A stretch of DNA of 64,000 nucleotides from Chloroflexota bacterium (GTDB lineage: Bacteria > Chloroflexota > Dehalococcoidia > DSTF01 > RBG-16-68-14), in NCBI GenBank assembly GCA_022565155.1, contig JADFKB010000004.1:267-64266 (forward strand), in the 5' to 3' direction. Position numbers and translations under genes: made by a program. The notes under the pieces are model-generated. The model was not told where the DNA came from and did no database searches. It saw nothing but the letters and a program-made list of their open reading frames with translations. Shown in pieces: positions 38,659-48,418 of the stretch; position 1 is the first letter of the stretch; each line of letters starts with the position of its first letter.

Positions 38659-41253
38659 ATGCCAGATACATCGGGTCCGTGGGTGAAGCCGGTCAGCGGC
38701 CGGTCGCCGCTCGTAGCCTGGATCGGGGTCTCCGCGAACGATGTGCGCTGGACGGCGCGCATGGCCATGGTCGCGCTCGGCGCATCCTGGCTCGGCTTCT
38801 ACCTGATCACAGCGCTACCATTCCTTGACATTGACGCTTTTCGCGCCACGATCACGCTGCACGCGGTGACGGGCCTCGTCTTCATCCCGTACCTGGCGAC
38901 GCTGCTCGCGGGCCGACGGTTGCCCGGCGGCAGCCCCCTGGACGCGCCGCTGATGGCGCTGCTTGGCGTCTATCTGCTTACGACGGCTACATCGCTCCAC
39001 TGGCGCGTCAGCCTGGAGGTGACGCTCACCGTACTGATGGCGATGGGCGTCTTCTACGTGCTGTCCGATCACCGGCTGTTCCGGCGCTGGCAGGCGGAGT
39101 GGATCCTCATGCTGGCGGCGCTGGCGGCAGCCGTGTATGCGCTCTGGGTCGTGGCTGGCGACTACCTGGACTGGTTGCAGTTGAGCGACGCGGTGCGCGG
39201 CGGCGGCTTGTTCGGCGACCTAGTACCGCCGACGGTACCGAAAGTGCATGACGTTGGTGATCATCCGAACCTGCTCGGCGGCATCCTGGCGATGACGCTG
39301 CCGTTCTTTCTCGCCGGCATGCTGCGGACGAAGATCTGGCCGCTGCGGGCGCTGATGGGGCTAGCGACGGTTGTCGTGCTGCTGGCGATGTTCTTCACGC
39401 TGGCGCGTTCGAGCTGGCTGGGCGGCGCGGCGGGCGCCTTCGCTATGGCGCTGGCGCTCGTCGTTGGCACCCCGGGCGGGCGGGCGTGGCTGGCCGGCCT
39501 GCGTCCCTCGACGCCGCGGCGGCAGCTCATCGTTGGCGCGGCAGGATTCGCGTTCGCCCTCCTGCTGCTGGCGGGAGGCTTGGTGGCGCGATTAACAGAC
39601 GCGCGGCCGATCTGGCTCTTTCGGGATTCCGGCACGCCCCGCCTGGACGTAATGGGCGCAGGCGTGGAGATGCTGGCCGACTACCCGCTGTTCGGTACCG
39701 GCCCCGGTCTCTTCAGCCTCCTCTATCCAGCGTACAGCGGCCGGTTTCCCAACCATGCGTTCCACACCCATAACGGCTTCTTGCAGACCGCCGTCGATAT
39801 GGGTGTGCCGGGGGTGCTGGCGATGCTGGCCCTCGCGGGCGCGCTGGCGTGGCTCGTCCTGCGCGGCGTGCGCGACACGAAAGGCGGCGCGCGGCTGAGC
39901 ATGGCCGCCTGCGGAGGAGCGTTCGTCGCATTCGGTGTCTTCAGCCTGATGGAATCGCCCAACGGTTTCAAAGGGCCGCTCGTCGCGCTGGCCGCTGTCG
40001 GCGCCATCGCCGTGCTGAGCTATCGAGAGCGCACGGCTCGTAGCGGAGGGGACGACACAGGCAGCGTCGTGCCGCTTGGCTGGCTGCGGACGGGCCGTGC
40101 GACGCAGCTCGCCGCGCGCATCGTCGTGCCGGTGGCGATGGCCGGGCTGCTGATCGCCTGGGGGCGCATCGACCTCGGTCACTACTACTACGACGACGGC
40201 CTGGTGCAGGCGAACCAGCGCCGGTGGCCGGAGGCTGTCGAGCAGGCGCAACGGGCCGTGGATCTCGATCCCCAGCTCGGCATCTATCGATTGCAGCTCG
40301 GCGCTGTCCAGGGCCAGGCCTATCAGGCCACCGGCGATCCGTCGCTGCTCGCCGGCGGCATTGCCGAACTGGAGCGAGGCGTTGAGCTGGAGCCGCGCAG
40401 CGCCGTCGGCCACGCCAACCTTGCTCTGCTGCTGGCAGAAGCGGGCGACCGCGAGGCCACGCGCGCGGCGGCATTGGCCGCAGTGGAGTTCGCTAACGCA
40501 GATCCAGCAGTAGTGCTGGCGGCCGGAACTGCGCTGGAGGCGACCGGCTGGGGCGATGAGGCGTCGGAGGCGTACGCGACGGCGCTCTTTTTAGACTTGG
40601 GCCTGGCCGATTCGCCCTTCTGGAGCCAGAGCGGGTTCCGGTTGATCAACTTCGCGAACATCGTCGGCCAGTCCGCGATCGCGCTCAACCAATGTTCGCT
40701 GCTCTGGCTCATTGCCCAGCCCGTGCCGGCGGGCCCGCTGGAACGCCAGGAGGCGTTAGAGGGCTGCATCGAGCGCATCGTTGGGCGGGATATCGCGGAG
40801 GACCGCGTCGTGCTGGCGGAGGCGCTGATTAGGGACGACGCCATGGAGCTGGCGTTCGACCAGCTCGACTACGTGCTCAGCAGACAGCCCGACTTCGGCA
40901 TGGCCCGCACCGCGCTCGGTCGCTGGTACGCCGCGCAGGGAGACCTGGCACAGGCTCGCGACCAGTGGCTGCAAGGCGGCCAGCTAGGCGAGGTGGAGGC
41001 GCTGGTGCTGCTGGGCGATTCCTACACACCGGGGGCCGTGCCGCCCGAGGTGGTCGAAGCGCTGCGGGCGGAGCTGCGCAGCGTCGCCAGCCAGGTGCAG
41101 TTTCACCTTACCGGCATCCTCTACTATCGGTTTAAGTTTTTCCGCGGCTCGCCTGTCGCGCTGCTCGTCCCGGGCGAGTGGCAGGACGCGGTGCCGGGCC
41201 GCTTCTCCCGGGCGACGGCTGCCTTGGCGCGTTGGGAGGAGGAGGCCCGCTGA
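38659..41253 (+). CDS. large membrane protein: Wzy_C (O-antigen ligase / O-oligosaccharyltransferase-like) domain + C-terminal TPR repeats
   Basis: About 12 TM helices with a Wzy_C-like periplasmic loop (…FTLARSSWLGG…), followed by about 350 aa of TPR-like repeats. Start chosen at ATG (MPDTSG…). Track ORF starts at 38530. Confidence 0.75.
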   Translation: MPDTSGPWVKPVSGRSPLVAWIGVSANDVRWTARMAMVALGASWLGFYLITALPFLDIDAFRATITLHAVTGLVFIPYLATLLAGRRLPGGSPLDAPLMALLGVYLLTTATSLHWRVSLEVTLTVLMAMGVFYVLSDHRLFRRWQAEWILMLAALAAAVYALWVVAGDYLDWLQLSDAVRGGGLFGDLVPPTVPKVHDVGDHPNLLGGILAMTLPFFLAGMLRTKIWPLRALMGLATVVVLLAMFFTLARSSWLGGAAGAFAMALALVVGTPGGRAWLAGLRPSTPRRQLIVGAAGFAFALLLLAGGLVARLTDARPIWLFRDSGTPRLDVMGAGVEMLADYPLFGTGPGLFSLLYPAYSGRFPNHAFHTHNGFLQTAVDMGVPGVLAMLALAGALAWLVLRGVRDTKGGARLSMAACGGAFVAFGVFSLMESPNGFKGPLVALAAVGAIAVLSYRERTARSGGDDTGSVVPLGWLRTGRATQLAARIVVPVAMAGLLIAWGRIDLGHYYYDDGLVQANQRRWPEAVEQAQRAVDLDPQLGIYRLQLGAVQGQAYQATGDPSLLAGGIAELERGVELEPRSAVGHANLALLLAEAGDREATRAAALAAVEFANADPAVVLAAGTALEATGWGDEASEAYATALFLDLGLADSPFWSQSGFRLINFANIVGQSAIALNQCSLLWLIAQPVPAGPLERQEALEGCIERIVGRDIAEDRVVLAEALIRDDAMELAFDQLDYVLSRQPDFGMARTALGRWYAAQGDLAQARDQWLQGGQLGEVEALVLLGDSYTPGAVPPEVVEALRAELRSVASQVQFHLTGILYYRFKFFRGSPVALLVPGEWQDAVPGRFSRATAALARWEEEAR

Positions 41254-41262
41254 CGCCGCGCG

Positions 41263-42543
41263 CTATTCGCTGGCTGGCTCTCGCTCACGATAGCCTGACA
41301 GCTTCAGCGCCCGTTCGTACTCTCGCGTGCGCCGCTTTGAGGACGCCGCGATCGCTTGTGGCGAGAGGCAACGCTCGTACGCCCGCATCACATCGGCGAT
41401 CGGCCGCTGCCGCTCCGCCGCCTGCAGCGTGACCTGCGCGACGAGGCGGTGGTCGTCCACCGCGGCGCGCGTCGCCTCGTGGTAGCCTGCGAAGCCTGGC
41501 GGCGGCGGCAGCGATCCCAACTCCGTCTGCGCCGCGCTCAGCGTCTCGACGTAGGCCGCCGACGCCGCGCGCGCCCGTTCGGGTTCGTCCAGCGTCAGCT
41601 CCGGCGCGCCGGCTGCCGCCGCCCAGGCCTCGTGGGCGGCGGCGACGTTAGCGTCTACCGACCGGATGCGCTGGAGGTAGCTCTCGATCTCGCTCGCCGC
41701 TGCCGGTCTCTGCTTGGGCAGCGCTCGCCCTTCGGGTGCGCCCGTGGTGCCGAGCGACCGCACTCCTTGATAGAGCGCCGTATGCCGCTCCGGTATCGCG
41801 TACTCATGGTGGCGCAGGTTCGGCTCGATGTAGGCGGCGTCGAGCGCGATGCCAACGAACGATGACAACCGTTCGACCGTTTCTTCCGGCGATAGCACGA
41901 GGTCATCGTACTCGATGCAGATGGCATCTAGTCGATAGTCGCGGACGACAGCGAGCAAACCGCGCAGTTCGTTCGCCCAGACCCGTTCGACGTAGTCGCG
42001 CCGCACCAGACCGTAAATCTGGGTGACTGAGTGCAGAAACGCCTCTGAGCTGCGCAGACAGACGACGACCTTAGGCCGGCGCGGCAGATGCGGCAGCCAC
42101 GCTTCCAGCGTGACGCAGAACACCGGGTCTTTCCAGCCGCCAGCGCCGCCTGCGGCTAGCGTGCTCATCTCACGTTCGTAGCGCTCGGCCACTGCCAGCA
42201 TCGCCGAGCGCCAAGGCCACCTTCGCGCCCGGCGGATGTCGGAGAGGCCTAGCTCGGTGATGATGCGGAAATTGACTGCCCGAACCGCTGTGTCCTCGTA
42301 GAAGCCGGCGCGGTTCTGCTCCGACGGCGGGTCGAACGTGTTGCCGAGGCGAACGCCCGATTCGTGGAGCACGCGGGCGACGGCGCTGGTGCCGGAACGC
42401 CCCGTGCCGGTGACGATGACGAACGGGCTGTCGCTGTCCGCCGGGGGCAGCGTCGCCGCCAGGCCGCCCGGACGCAGGCGGCGAGCGGTGGTCAGCATAA
42501 ACTGCCGGAGGATGGGCCGGGCGTAGCTAAGGCGTGTGGCCAT
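41263..42543 (-). CDS. sulfotransferase family protein
   Basis: PAPS-binding 5'-PSB-like loop TGTGRSGTSA near the N-terminus. Convergent with and 9 nt from the Wzy_C-TPR gene. Confidence 0.7.
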   Translation of the reverse strand: MATRLSYARPILRQFMLTTARRLRPGGLAATLPPADSDSPFVIVTGTGRSGTSAVARVLHESGVRLGNTFDPPSEQNRAGFYEDTAVRAVNFRIITELGLSDIRRARRWPWRSAMLAVAERYEREMSTLAAGGAGGWKDPVFCVTLEAWLPHLPRRPKVVVCLRSSEAFLHSVTQIYGLVRRDYVERVWANELRGLLAVVRDYRLDAICIEYDDLVLSPEETVERLSSFVGIALDAAYIEPNLRHHEYAIPERHTALYQGVRSLGTTGAPEGRALPKQRPAAASEIESYLQRIRSVDANVAAAHEAWAAAAGAPELTLDEPERARAASAAYVETLSAAQTELGSLPPPPGFAGYHEATRAAVDDHRLVAQVTLQAAERQRPIADVMRAYERCLSPQAIAASSKRRTREYERALKLSGYREREPASE

Positions 42544-42603
42544 GTTCCGACATGATAGCGGCCGGGGTCGCTCTGCGCTGCTGGCGCGCTACCGTCTGCC
42601 CCG

Positions 42604-45081
42604 CTAGCTGTCTGCCAAGATGTCGCTGATCGTCTCCCGCACCTCGCGGATGCGGAACGGCTTGGCCAGCACCGGGTTCTTCACGCGCTGCAGGAAGCTG
42701 CGAGTGTCCGGGCTGACGGTATCGCCGGTGATGAAGACGGTGCGCTCGGCTAGGGCGGGGTTTTCCTTCCGCAGGCGCTCATAGAGCTCACGGCCGTCCA
42801 TGTCCGGCATCTTGATATCGGTGATGACAACGTCGTAGCGGCGGCCGGCGATGCGCTCCAGCGCCTCTCTGCCGTTGCGCGCGGTATCGACGTGGTGGCC
42901 GTCGATCTCGAGCAAGCTGCCTAGCAGGCGCTGGATGCTCTCCTCGTCATCAACAACGAGGATCGAGCGGGCCGCGACGGCGGTCTCCTGCTCGACTTCG
43001 GGATCGGCGGTGCGAGCGGCACCGGCGACAACGGGCAGCTCGATGATGAAGGTGCTGCCCTGCCCCGGCTGGCTCTCCGCCCAGATGCGCCCGTTGTGCT
43101 CGTCGATGATGCCGTAGCAGATCGTGAGACCAAGGCCGGTGCCCTCGCCGACGTCTTTCGTCGTGAAGAACGGGTCGAAGATGCGGCGCAGCGTCTCCTC
43201 GTCGATTCCAGGTCCGTCATCCTGGAAGCTGACGCGGATTGCGCCGTCGCGCTGCTCCGTGCGCACGGTGAGCGTCCCGCGGCCGCTGGCCGCGAGCATC
43301 GACTGCTCTGCGTTGATGATCACGTTGAGGAAGACCTGCTGGATCTGGTTCGTGTCCACCATCGTCTTGGGCAGCTTCGGGTCCAGCTCCAGGTTCAGAT
43401 CGATGCTCTTCACCTGCAGGTCGTACGTGCGCATCTCCAAGACGCGCTCCAGCAGTAGGTTAACGCTGGCCAGCTCCTTTTCGGCGTGCTTGCGCCGGGC
43501 GAACGAGAGCAGGTTCTGGACGATCTTGGCCGCCCGCTCCGCCTCCTCGTGGATCGTCTCGATGTCGCGTTCCGTTTGCTCGTCCAGGTCGCGCGCGAGC
43601 AGCAGTTGGGAGAAGCCGATGATGCCGGTGAGCGGGTTGTTTAGCTCGTGCGCGACACCGGAGACGAGCTGCCCAACAGACACCATCTTCTCCGACTGCA
43701 CCAGCCGTTCCTGCATCAACCGCTCTTCGGTCACATCGCGGACGATCACCACCGCCGCCGAGCCCTCCGGCGAGCCGGCCAGCGGCGCGGCCATCGCCAC
43801 CAGGTAGCGGCGGCCCGTCGACACGGCGGCGGATGGCAGCTCCCGAAGTGGCGTTGGCTTCTGCGACGAGAGCGCAGTCCGCGCCAGCTCGGCGAGGACT
43901 GCGCTCGATAACGCGCCGCCCTCCTCCTGGCCGCCGCTCGATTCCAGGATGGTGCGGGCAGCGCTGTTCAGCGATGTCACTTGCAGCTCGGAGTCGACCA
44001 GCACGATGCCGTCGCTCAGACTTTCGGCGAGCGACGCTAGATGCGCGCGCTCCGCCTGCTGCTGGGCGGCGATGCGTTCGAGGGCGAGCGAAATCTGGTT
44101 CGCAACGGTGTAGAAGGTACGCTCCTTCTCCGGCGCAAACGCGTCCGGATCGGCGGCGCAGATATGCAGCAGGCCAGCCACCTCGCCGTCCATGACTAGA
44201 GGCGCGTCGAGGACGCTCTCCATGTCGCCGGTCGCCGCCTTGCTGCCCGCCAGCATATTCGTGCGGACCGCCGGCCGCGCACAGCCGCGATGCTTGCCGC
44301 CGGTGAGCTTGAGAAACGCATCCAGCGCGGCGGCGGCGGCGTTCTCTGTAGCCTGCTCCGGCGTCTTCTCCGGGGCGTAGACGGTAGTCGTGTCCTCGTT
44401 GCTCTGGCAGACGACCGCCGCCGCGAGCTCGATGCCCAGCACCGGCGATAGCGCCTCCAGACCAGCCAGCACCACCTCGTCGCGGCTCAGGGAGTGGCTG
44501 AGGCGCTGCGTCAGGCCGTGGAACAGGCCGTCGTCGCTGGCGGGCGGCACGGCCGCCGCGGCCTCCTTGGACGCCGCTGTTGCGAGCGCGACGCCGAGCT
44601 GCAGAGCAAGCCCCCAGGCGGCGGAGCGGTCGCCTTCGCCCAACCCGCGGCCGGCCAGGCAGAGCACGCCGCCCGTATCTCTGTCCACAAGCAGCGGCGC
44701 GACGATCAGGCTGCCGGGCACGTCGCTGGTGAGCAACGGCGTGCCTGTGCCGTTCTTTCCGGCCTCCGTGAAAGCGTCGGCGGTGTCGTCGCGGATGTCA
44801 GGCCGGCCGCGCTTCAGCGCCGCAAGCAGCCGGGGCAGGCGCAGCGGCCGGCCCCAGACATCGGCGGAGAGCGGCAGGGTCGCGCGTTTCAGCAGCAGGC
44901 CGTCTTCGCCCGCCGGCTGCACCAGCACGGCGCAGGCGAGATCGCGATCGGCCAGGCCGCGGGTGAGGCGGTTCAGCGCGTCATCGGCGTCGCTGGCGTC
45001 CTGGAGCGACGCGGCGAGGGCGAGCAGCGCATCGGCTGTGCTGTCCTTCGTCTGCCGCCGCTCGATCTGTCGTACTGCCAT
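42604..45081 (-). CDS. hybrid sensor histidine kinase (GAF/PAS – HisKA – HATPase_c – receiver)
   Basis: H-box (…SGVAHELNNPLT…), N/G1/G2 ATPase motifs, and a C-terminal receiver domain (…VDDE…ITDIKMPDMDG…). Start refined to ATG (MAVRQ…) with a GGAG RBS. Confidence 0.85.
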   Translation of the reverse strand: MAVRQIERRQTKDSTADALLALAASLQDASDADDALNRLTRGLADRDLACAVLVQPAGEDGLLLKRATLPLSADVWGRPLRLPRLLAALKRGRPDIRDDTADAFTEAGKNGTGTPLLTSDVPGSLIVAPLLVDRDTGGVLCLAGRGLGEGDRSAAWGLALQLGVALATAASKEAAAAVPPASDDGLFHGLTQRLSHSLSRDEVVLAGLEALSPVLGIELAAAVVCQSNEDTTTVYAPEKTPEQATENAAAAALDAFLKLTGGKHRGCARPAVRTNMLAGSKAATGDMESVLDAPLVMDGEVAGLLHICAADPDAFAPEKERTFYTVANQISLALERIAAQQQAERAHLASLAESLSDGIVLVDSELQVTSLNSAARTILESSGGQEEGGALSSAVLAELARTALSSQKPTPLRELPSAAVSTGRRYLVAMAAPLAGSPEGSAAVVIVRDVTEERLMQERLVQSEKMVSVGQLVSGVAHELNNPLTGIIGFSQLLLARDLDEQTERDIETIHEEAERAAKIVQNLLSFARRKHAEKELASVNLLLERVLEMRTYDLQVKSIDLNLELDPKLPKTMVDTNQIQQVFLNVIINAEQSMLAASGRGTLTVRTEQRDGAIRVSFQDDGPGIDEETLRRIFDPFFTTKDVGEGTGLGLTICYGIIDEHNGRIWAESQPGQGSTFIIELPVVAGAARTADPEVEQETAVAARSILVVDDEESIQRLLGSLLEIDGHHVDTARNGREALERIAGRRYDVVITDIKMPDMDGRELYERLRKENPALAERTVFITGDTVSPDTRSFLQRVKNPVLAKPFRIREVRETISDILADS

Positions 45082-45432
45082 GGGCGAGTCTCCTGCCTGG
45101 CCAATAGCGTAAGAGGTAACTCCATTATGCACTACAGACGATCTGTGTTCAATGAGGGATATGGCTACCAAGCCGCCGAATTCCCGCCCTCGGCGCTGTT
45201 CACCACTACAACGCTGTGTATCTCCCACCGGCGGGCCGCTAATCTCTAAGCCGCCTTCGGATGCTTACCATCCCTATTGACTGCTAGTCTCCAGCCGACA
45301 TAAGATATAAAGGAAAAGTTGCCTGAGCCGGTTAGTGCCGGCAGGCAGGAGCTACGTGCGCTGCCGTTCGCCTGCGCCGCGAAGCGGCGTCCGGCCATAA
45401 GATATGGAGAGAAGGCGGCCGTCTAGTTACAT

Positions 45433-46119
45433 ATGAGCGCAGAGGCTCAGCAGCGAAAGAGGCAAGGCGGTGGCCGGTCGCGCATCGCCGGCGTTAGCCT
45501 CGCGCTGCTCTCCGCCTCCGCCGTGGCGCTGATCGCCGTCACGAGCTGCTTCGGCACCGGCTTCGCCTGGTCACCGGGTCCCACACCTACACCCACGCCG
45601 ACCGTTACCCCTACTGCCACGGCCACCGTCACGCCATCGCCGACGGCGACAGTGACGCCTTCGCCCACTCACACACCGCAGGCGACGGCGACGCCGACGC
45701 CGAATAGCGGCATCGCGCTGCCGCCGCCGGGGCCGCAGGAGCGCTGGGTGCTGATCGATCTGAGCGAGCAAACGACGACGGCGATGGTGGGCGACGAGGT
45801 GTACCACACGGCCTACGGCACCACAGGTAAGGACGGCTGGGAGACGCCGATCGGCGAGTTCAGTATCATATACCGTGTCGAGAACGAGACGATGACCTCG
45901 GCATCGATCGGTGCGGAGGAGTACTACGTGCTGGAGGATGTGCTCTACACCCAGTACTTCACCACCGAGGGCCACGCGCTGCACCTGAACTACTGGCGTC
46001 CCGATTCCGTCTTCGGCAACGAGCGCACCAGCCACGGCTGCGTCGGCTTGCGCTACTCGGATGCGGAGTTCTTCTGGCGCTTCGCCGGCTACGGCACGCG
46101 CGTCGTGATTCAGGCCTGA
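45433..46119 (+). CDS. L,D-transpeptidase (YkuD domain) with TP-repeat linker
   Basis: N-terminal TM/signal segment, (TVTPSPTA)n linker, and catalytic SHGCVGL motif. Confidence 0.85.
   Translation: MSAEAQQRKRQGGGRSRIAGVSLALLSASAVALIAVTSCFGTGFAWSPGPTPTPTPTVTPTATATVTPSPTATVTPSPTHTPQATATPTPNSGIALPPPGPQERWVLIDLSEQTTTAMVGDEVYHTAYGTTGKDGWETPIGEFSIIYRVENETMTSASIGAEEYYVLEDVLYTQYFTTEGHALHLNYWRPDSVFGNERTSHGCVGLRYSDAEFFWRFAGYGTRVVIQA
45588..45700 (+). repeat. in-frame tandem Thr/Pro-rich coding repeat (TVTPSPTA units) within the L,D-transpeptidase gene
   Basis: Repeated acNccN codon periodicity seen in sequence. A similar PTPT linker occurs in the M23 peptidase (6889..6925) and in the lipoprotein at 36720..36770. 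Confidence 0.6.
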
Positions 46120-46152
46120 AAACTAGACGCGTGTTTCTTTGAGCCGGACGCC

Positions 46153-46241
46153 GCTTCGCGGCGTAGGCGAACGGCTTTGCCTTATGCGGGCGCGTATCAC
46201 TCTTAACGGACGCCGCTTCGCGGCGCAGGCGAACGGCATCG
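46153..46241 (+). terminator. two tandem copies (54 bp apart) of a 35-nt unit containing a GCCGC-ttc-GCGGC stem-loop, downstream of the L,D-transpeptidase gene
   Basis: cggacgccgcttcgcggcg(t/c)aggcgaacggc appears twice. No U-tract, so only a terminator or repeat-element candidate. Confidence 0.35.
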
Positions 46242-46349
46242 CGCATACGAAGTGCTGACGCTGCATGCGAACCCGTAGCACGCTGCCACGCGCTCGTAGC
46301 AGGCGCGCACGGTAGAATGCTCGAAAGCTAGAGCAAGGAGGGTGCTACG

Positions 46350-47441
46350 GTGGCGCGAGTCTTTTTCCAGGATGTCACCAAGCGGTTCGGCCGCGTCTTC
46401 GCCGTCCGCGAACTGACGTTGGAGGTGCATGACCAGGAGTTCTTCGTCCTGCTGGGGCCCTCCGGCTGCGGCAAGACGACGGCGCTGCGCATCGCCGCCG
46501 GGCTGGAGGAGCCGACCGACGGCGACATCTACATCGGCGATCGGCTGGTGAACTACGTGGCGGCGAAGGATCGCGATCTGGCGATGGTCTTCCAGAACTA
46601 CGCGCTCTACCCGCACATGTCCGTCCACGATAACGTGGCGTTTGGCTTGCGCATGCGCCAGTACTCACGGAGCGAGATCGACCGGTTGGTGCGCGAGGTG
46701 GCGGAGACGCTGGGCATCGGTGACCTGCTGAACCGAAAACCTGGCCAGCTCTCCGGCGGCCAGCGCCAGCGCGTCGCGCTCGGTAGAGCAATGGTCCGCC
46801 GGCCGCAGGCGTTCCTGATGGACGAACCGCTCTCGAACCTCGATGCCAAGATGCGCGTGCAGATGCGCACTGAGCTGGTGCGGCTGCACCGGAAGCTGGG
46901 CGCGACGTTCATCTACGTCACCCACGACCAGGTAGAGGCGATGACGATGGGCCAGCGCATCGCCGTGTTGAACGATGGGACGCTGCAACAGGTGGGGCCG
47001 CCGCAAGAGGTGTACGACCGGCCGGCCAATCGATTTGTCGCGGAGTTCATCGGCAGCCCGGCGATGAACTTCTTGGAGGGCGGCGTCGTCCGCGAGAACG
47101 ATCGGGATGGCATCCGCACGCCGGAAGGATTTCTCGCGCTGCCGGACGCTGTTTCGGCGGAGATTCGGCAGCAGGGAGTGCGGTCGTTCGTCGTTGGCAT
47201 CCGACCTGAGCACCTGACGCCCGTGGCGGAACAGGCGGCGGCGGCGTTCGAGGGCACGGCCGATCTCGTCGAATCGCTCGGCAGCGAGCAGCACGTGACG
47301 GTGGCGCTGAAAGAGACTGCGATCGTCGTGAGGCTGCCGTCGTCGCCGCGGATCGAGCGCGGTGCGACGCTGCGGCTGGCCGTCGCGCCGGAGCACCTAC
47401 ACCTCTTCGACGCCGAGACGCAGCTACGGGTCGGCCCGTGA
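46350..47441 (+). CDS. ABC transporter ATP-binding protein (MalK/UgpC-type sugar importer ATPase)
   Basis: Walker A GPSGCGKTT, LSGGQRQR signature, and a C-terminal TOBE/MalK regulatory domain. GTG start with an AGGAGGG RBS. Confidence 0.9.
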   Translation: MARVFFQDVTKRFGRVFAVRELTLEVHDQEFFVLLGPSGCGKTTALRIAAGLEEPTDGDIYIGDRLVNYVAAKDRDLAMVFQNYALYPHMSVHDNVAFGLRMRQYSRSEIDRLVREVAETLGIGDLLNRKPGQLSGGQRQRVALGRAMVRRPQAFLMDEPLSNLDAKMRVQMRTELVRLHRKLGATFIYVTHDQVEAMTMGQRIAVLNDGTLQQVGPPQEVYDRPANRFVAEFIGSPAMNFLEGGVVRENDRDGIRTPEGFLALPDAVSAEIRQQGVRSFVVGIRPEHLTPVAEQAAAAFEGTADLVESLGSEQHVTVALKETAIVVRLPSSPRIERGATLRLAVAPEHLHLFDAETQLRVGP

Positions 47442-48418
47442 CCGTAGCTGACCAATACGCTGGTAGACGGTCGTGGGCGTGGCCGCTGGGCCGCTTTCTC
47501 ACCGCGCTGCCGTTCCTGCTGCCTTCCATGGCGCTGTTCGGAGCGTTCGTTTTTTATCCGCTCGGGAAGTCCGTGTACCTCGGTTTCTTCATCAGCAACC
47601 CGTTCCGCACGCGCCAGATCTACGTCGGCTTCGACCAGTACAAGGACGTGCTGGCGTCGTCCGAGTTTGCCAGCAGCCTGCTGGTGACGGCGACGTTCAC
47701 GCTCTACACCGTCGCGCCGGCGATCGTCATCGGCACGGCGCTCGCCGTGCTGGCCAACCAGAAGCTGCCGGGCATCGTCATCTTCCGCACCATATTCTCG
47801 TCGACGATCGCTGCCTCCGTCGCGATCAGCGCGGTGTTCTGGCTGGTGCTGCTGCATCCAAGCATCGGCGTCCTGAACGAGGCAGTGGAAGGCGTAGGCT
47901 TCTCGCGAGTGAATTGGCTGCGGGACGGCGGCTGGGCCGTCGGCGACCGCGCGACAGTCTTCGATATGGTGGCGGCCTGGTTCATCGATCCGAACTGGGC
48001 GCTCATCTCCGTCTCGTTGGCGACCGTCTGGATGAACATCGGCCTGTTTACCATCATCGTCCTCGCCGGCCTGCAGACGATTCCTGAGGAGCTGTACGAG
48101 GCCGCGCGGGTGGATGGCGCCGGCCGCTGGGCGCAGTTCTGGCACGTGACGCTGCCGATGCTCTCGCCGACACTCTTCTTCGCCTCCGTCGTCGGCATGA
48201 TCTTCGCGTTCCAGTCGTTTGGCCAGATCGATATCTTGACGCAGGGCGGCCCTGTCGATGCCAGCAACGTTCTCCTCTACTCGATCTACCAGACCGGCTT
48301 CGAGCAGCCGTTCCGCGTCGGCGCGGCGGCCGTGCAATCGCTGGCGCTGTTCGTGATCATGCTGGTGCTGACGCTGTTCCAGTTCCGGCTGCTCGCCGGC
48401 AGGGTGTTCTACCGATGA
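47438..48418 (+). CDS. ABC transporter permease (MalF/UgpA-like)
   Basis: 6 TM helices with an EAA-like loop. GTGA overlap with the ATPase gene. Confidence 0.9.
   Translation: MTVADQYAGRRSWAWPLGRFLTALPFLLPSMALFGAFVFYPLGKSVYLGFFISNPFRTRQIYVGFDQYKDVLASSEFASSLLVTATFTLYTVAPAIVIGTALAVLANQKLPGIVIFRTIFSSTIAASVAISAVFWLVLLHPSIGVLNEAVEGVGFSRVNWLRDGGWAVGDRATVFDMVAAWFIDPNWALISVSLATVWMNIGLFTIIVLAGLQTIPEELYEAARVDGAGRWAQFWHVTLPMLSPTLFFASVVGMIFAFQSFGQIDILTQGGPVDASNVLLYSIYQTGFEQPFRVGAAAVQSLALFVIMLVLTLFQFRLLAGRVFYR

Noticed and set aside
39592-40474. 273-aa and 168-aa ORFs on - strand
   Set aside because: Antisense to the Wzy_C-TPR gene.
46913-48337. 474-aa ORF on - strand
   Set aside because: Antisense to the ABC ATPase and permease genes.
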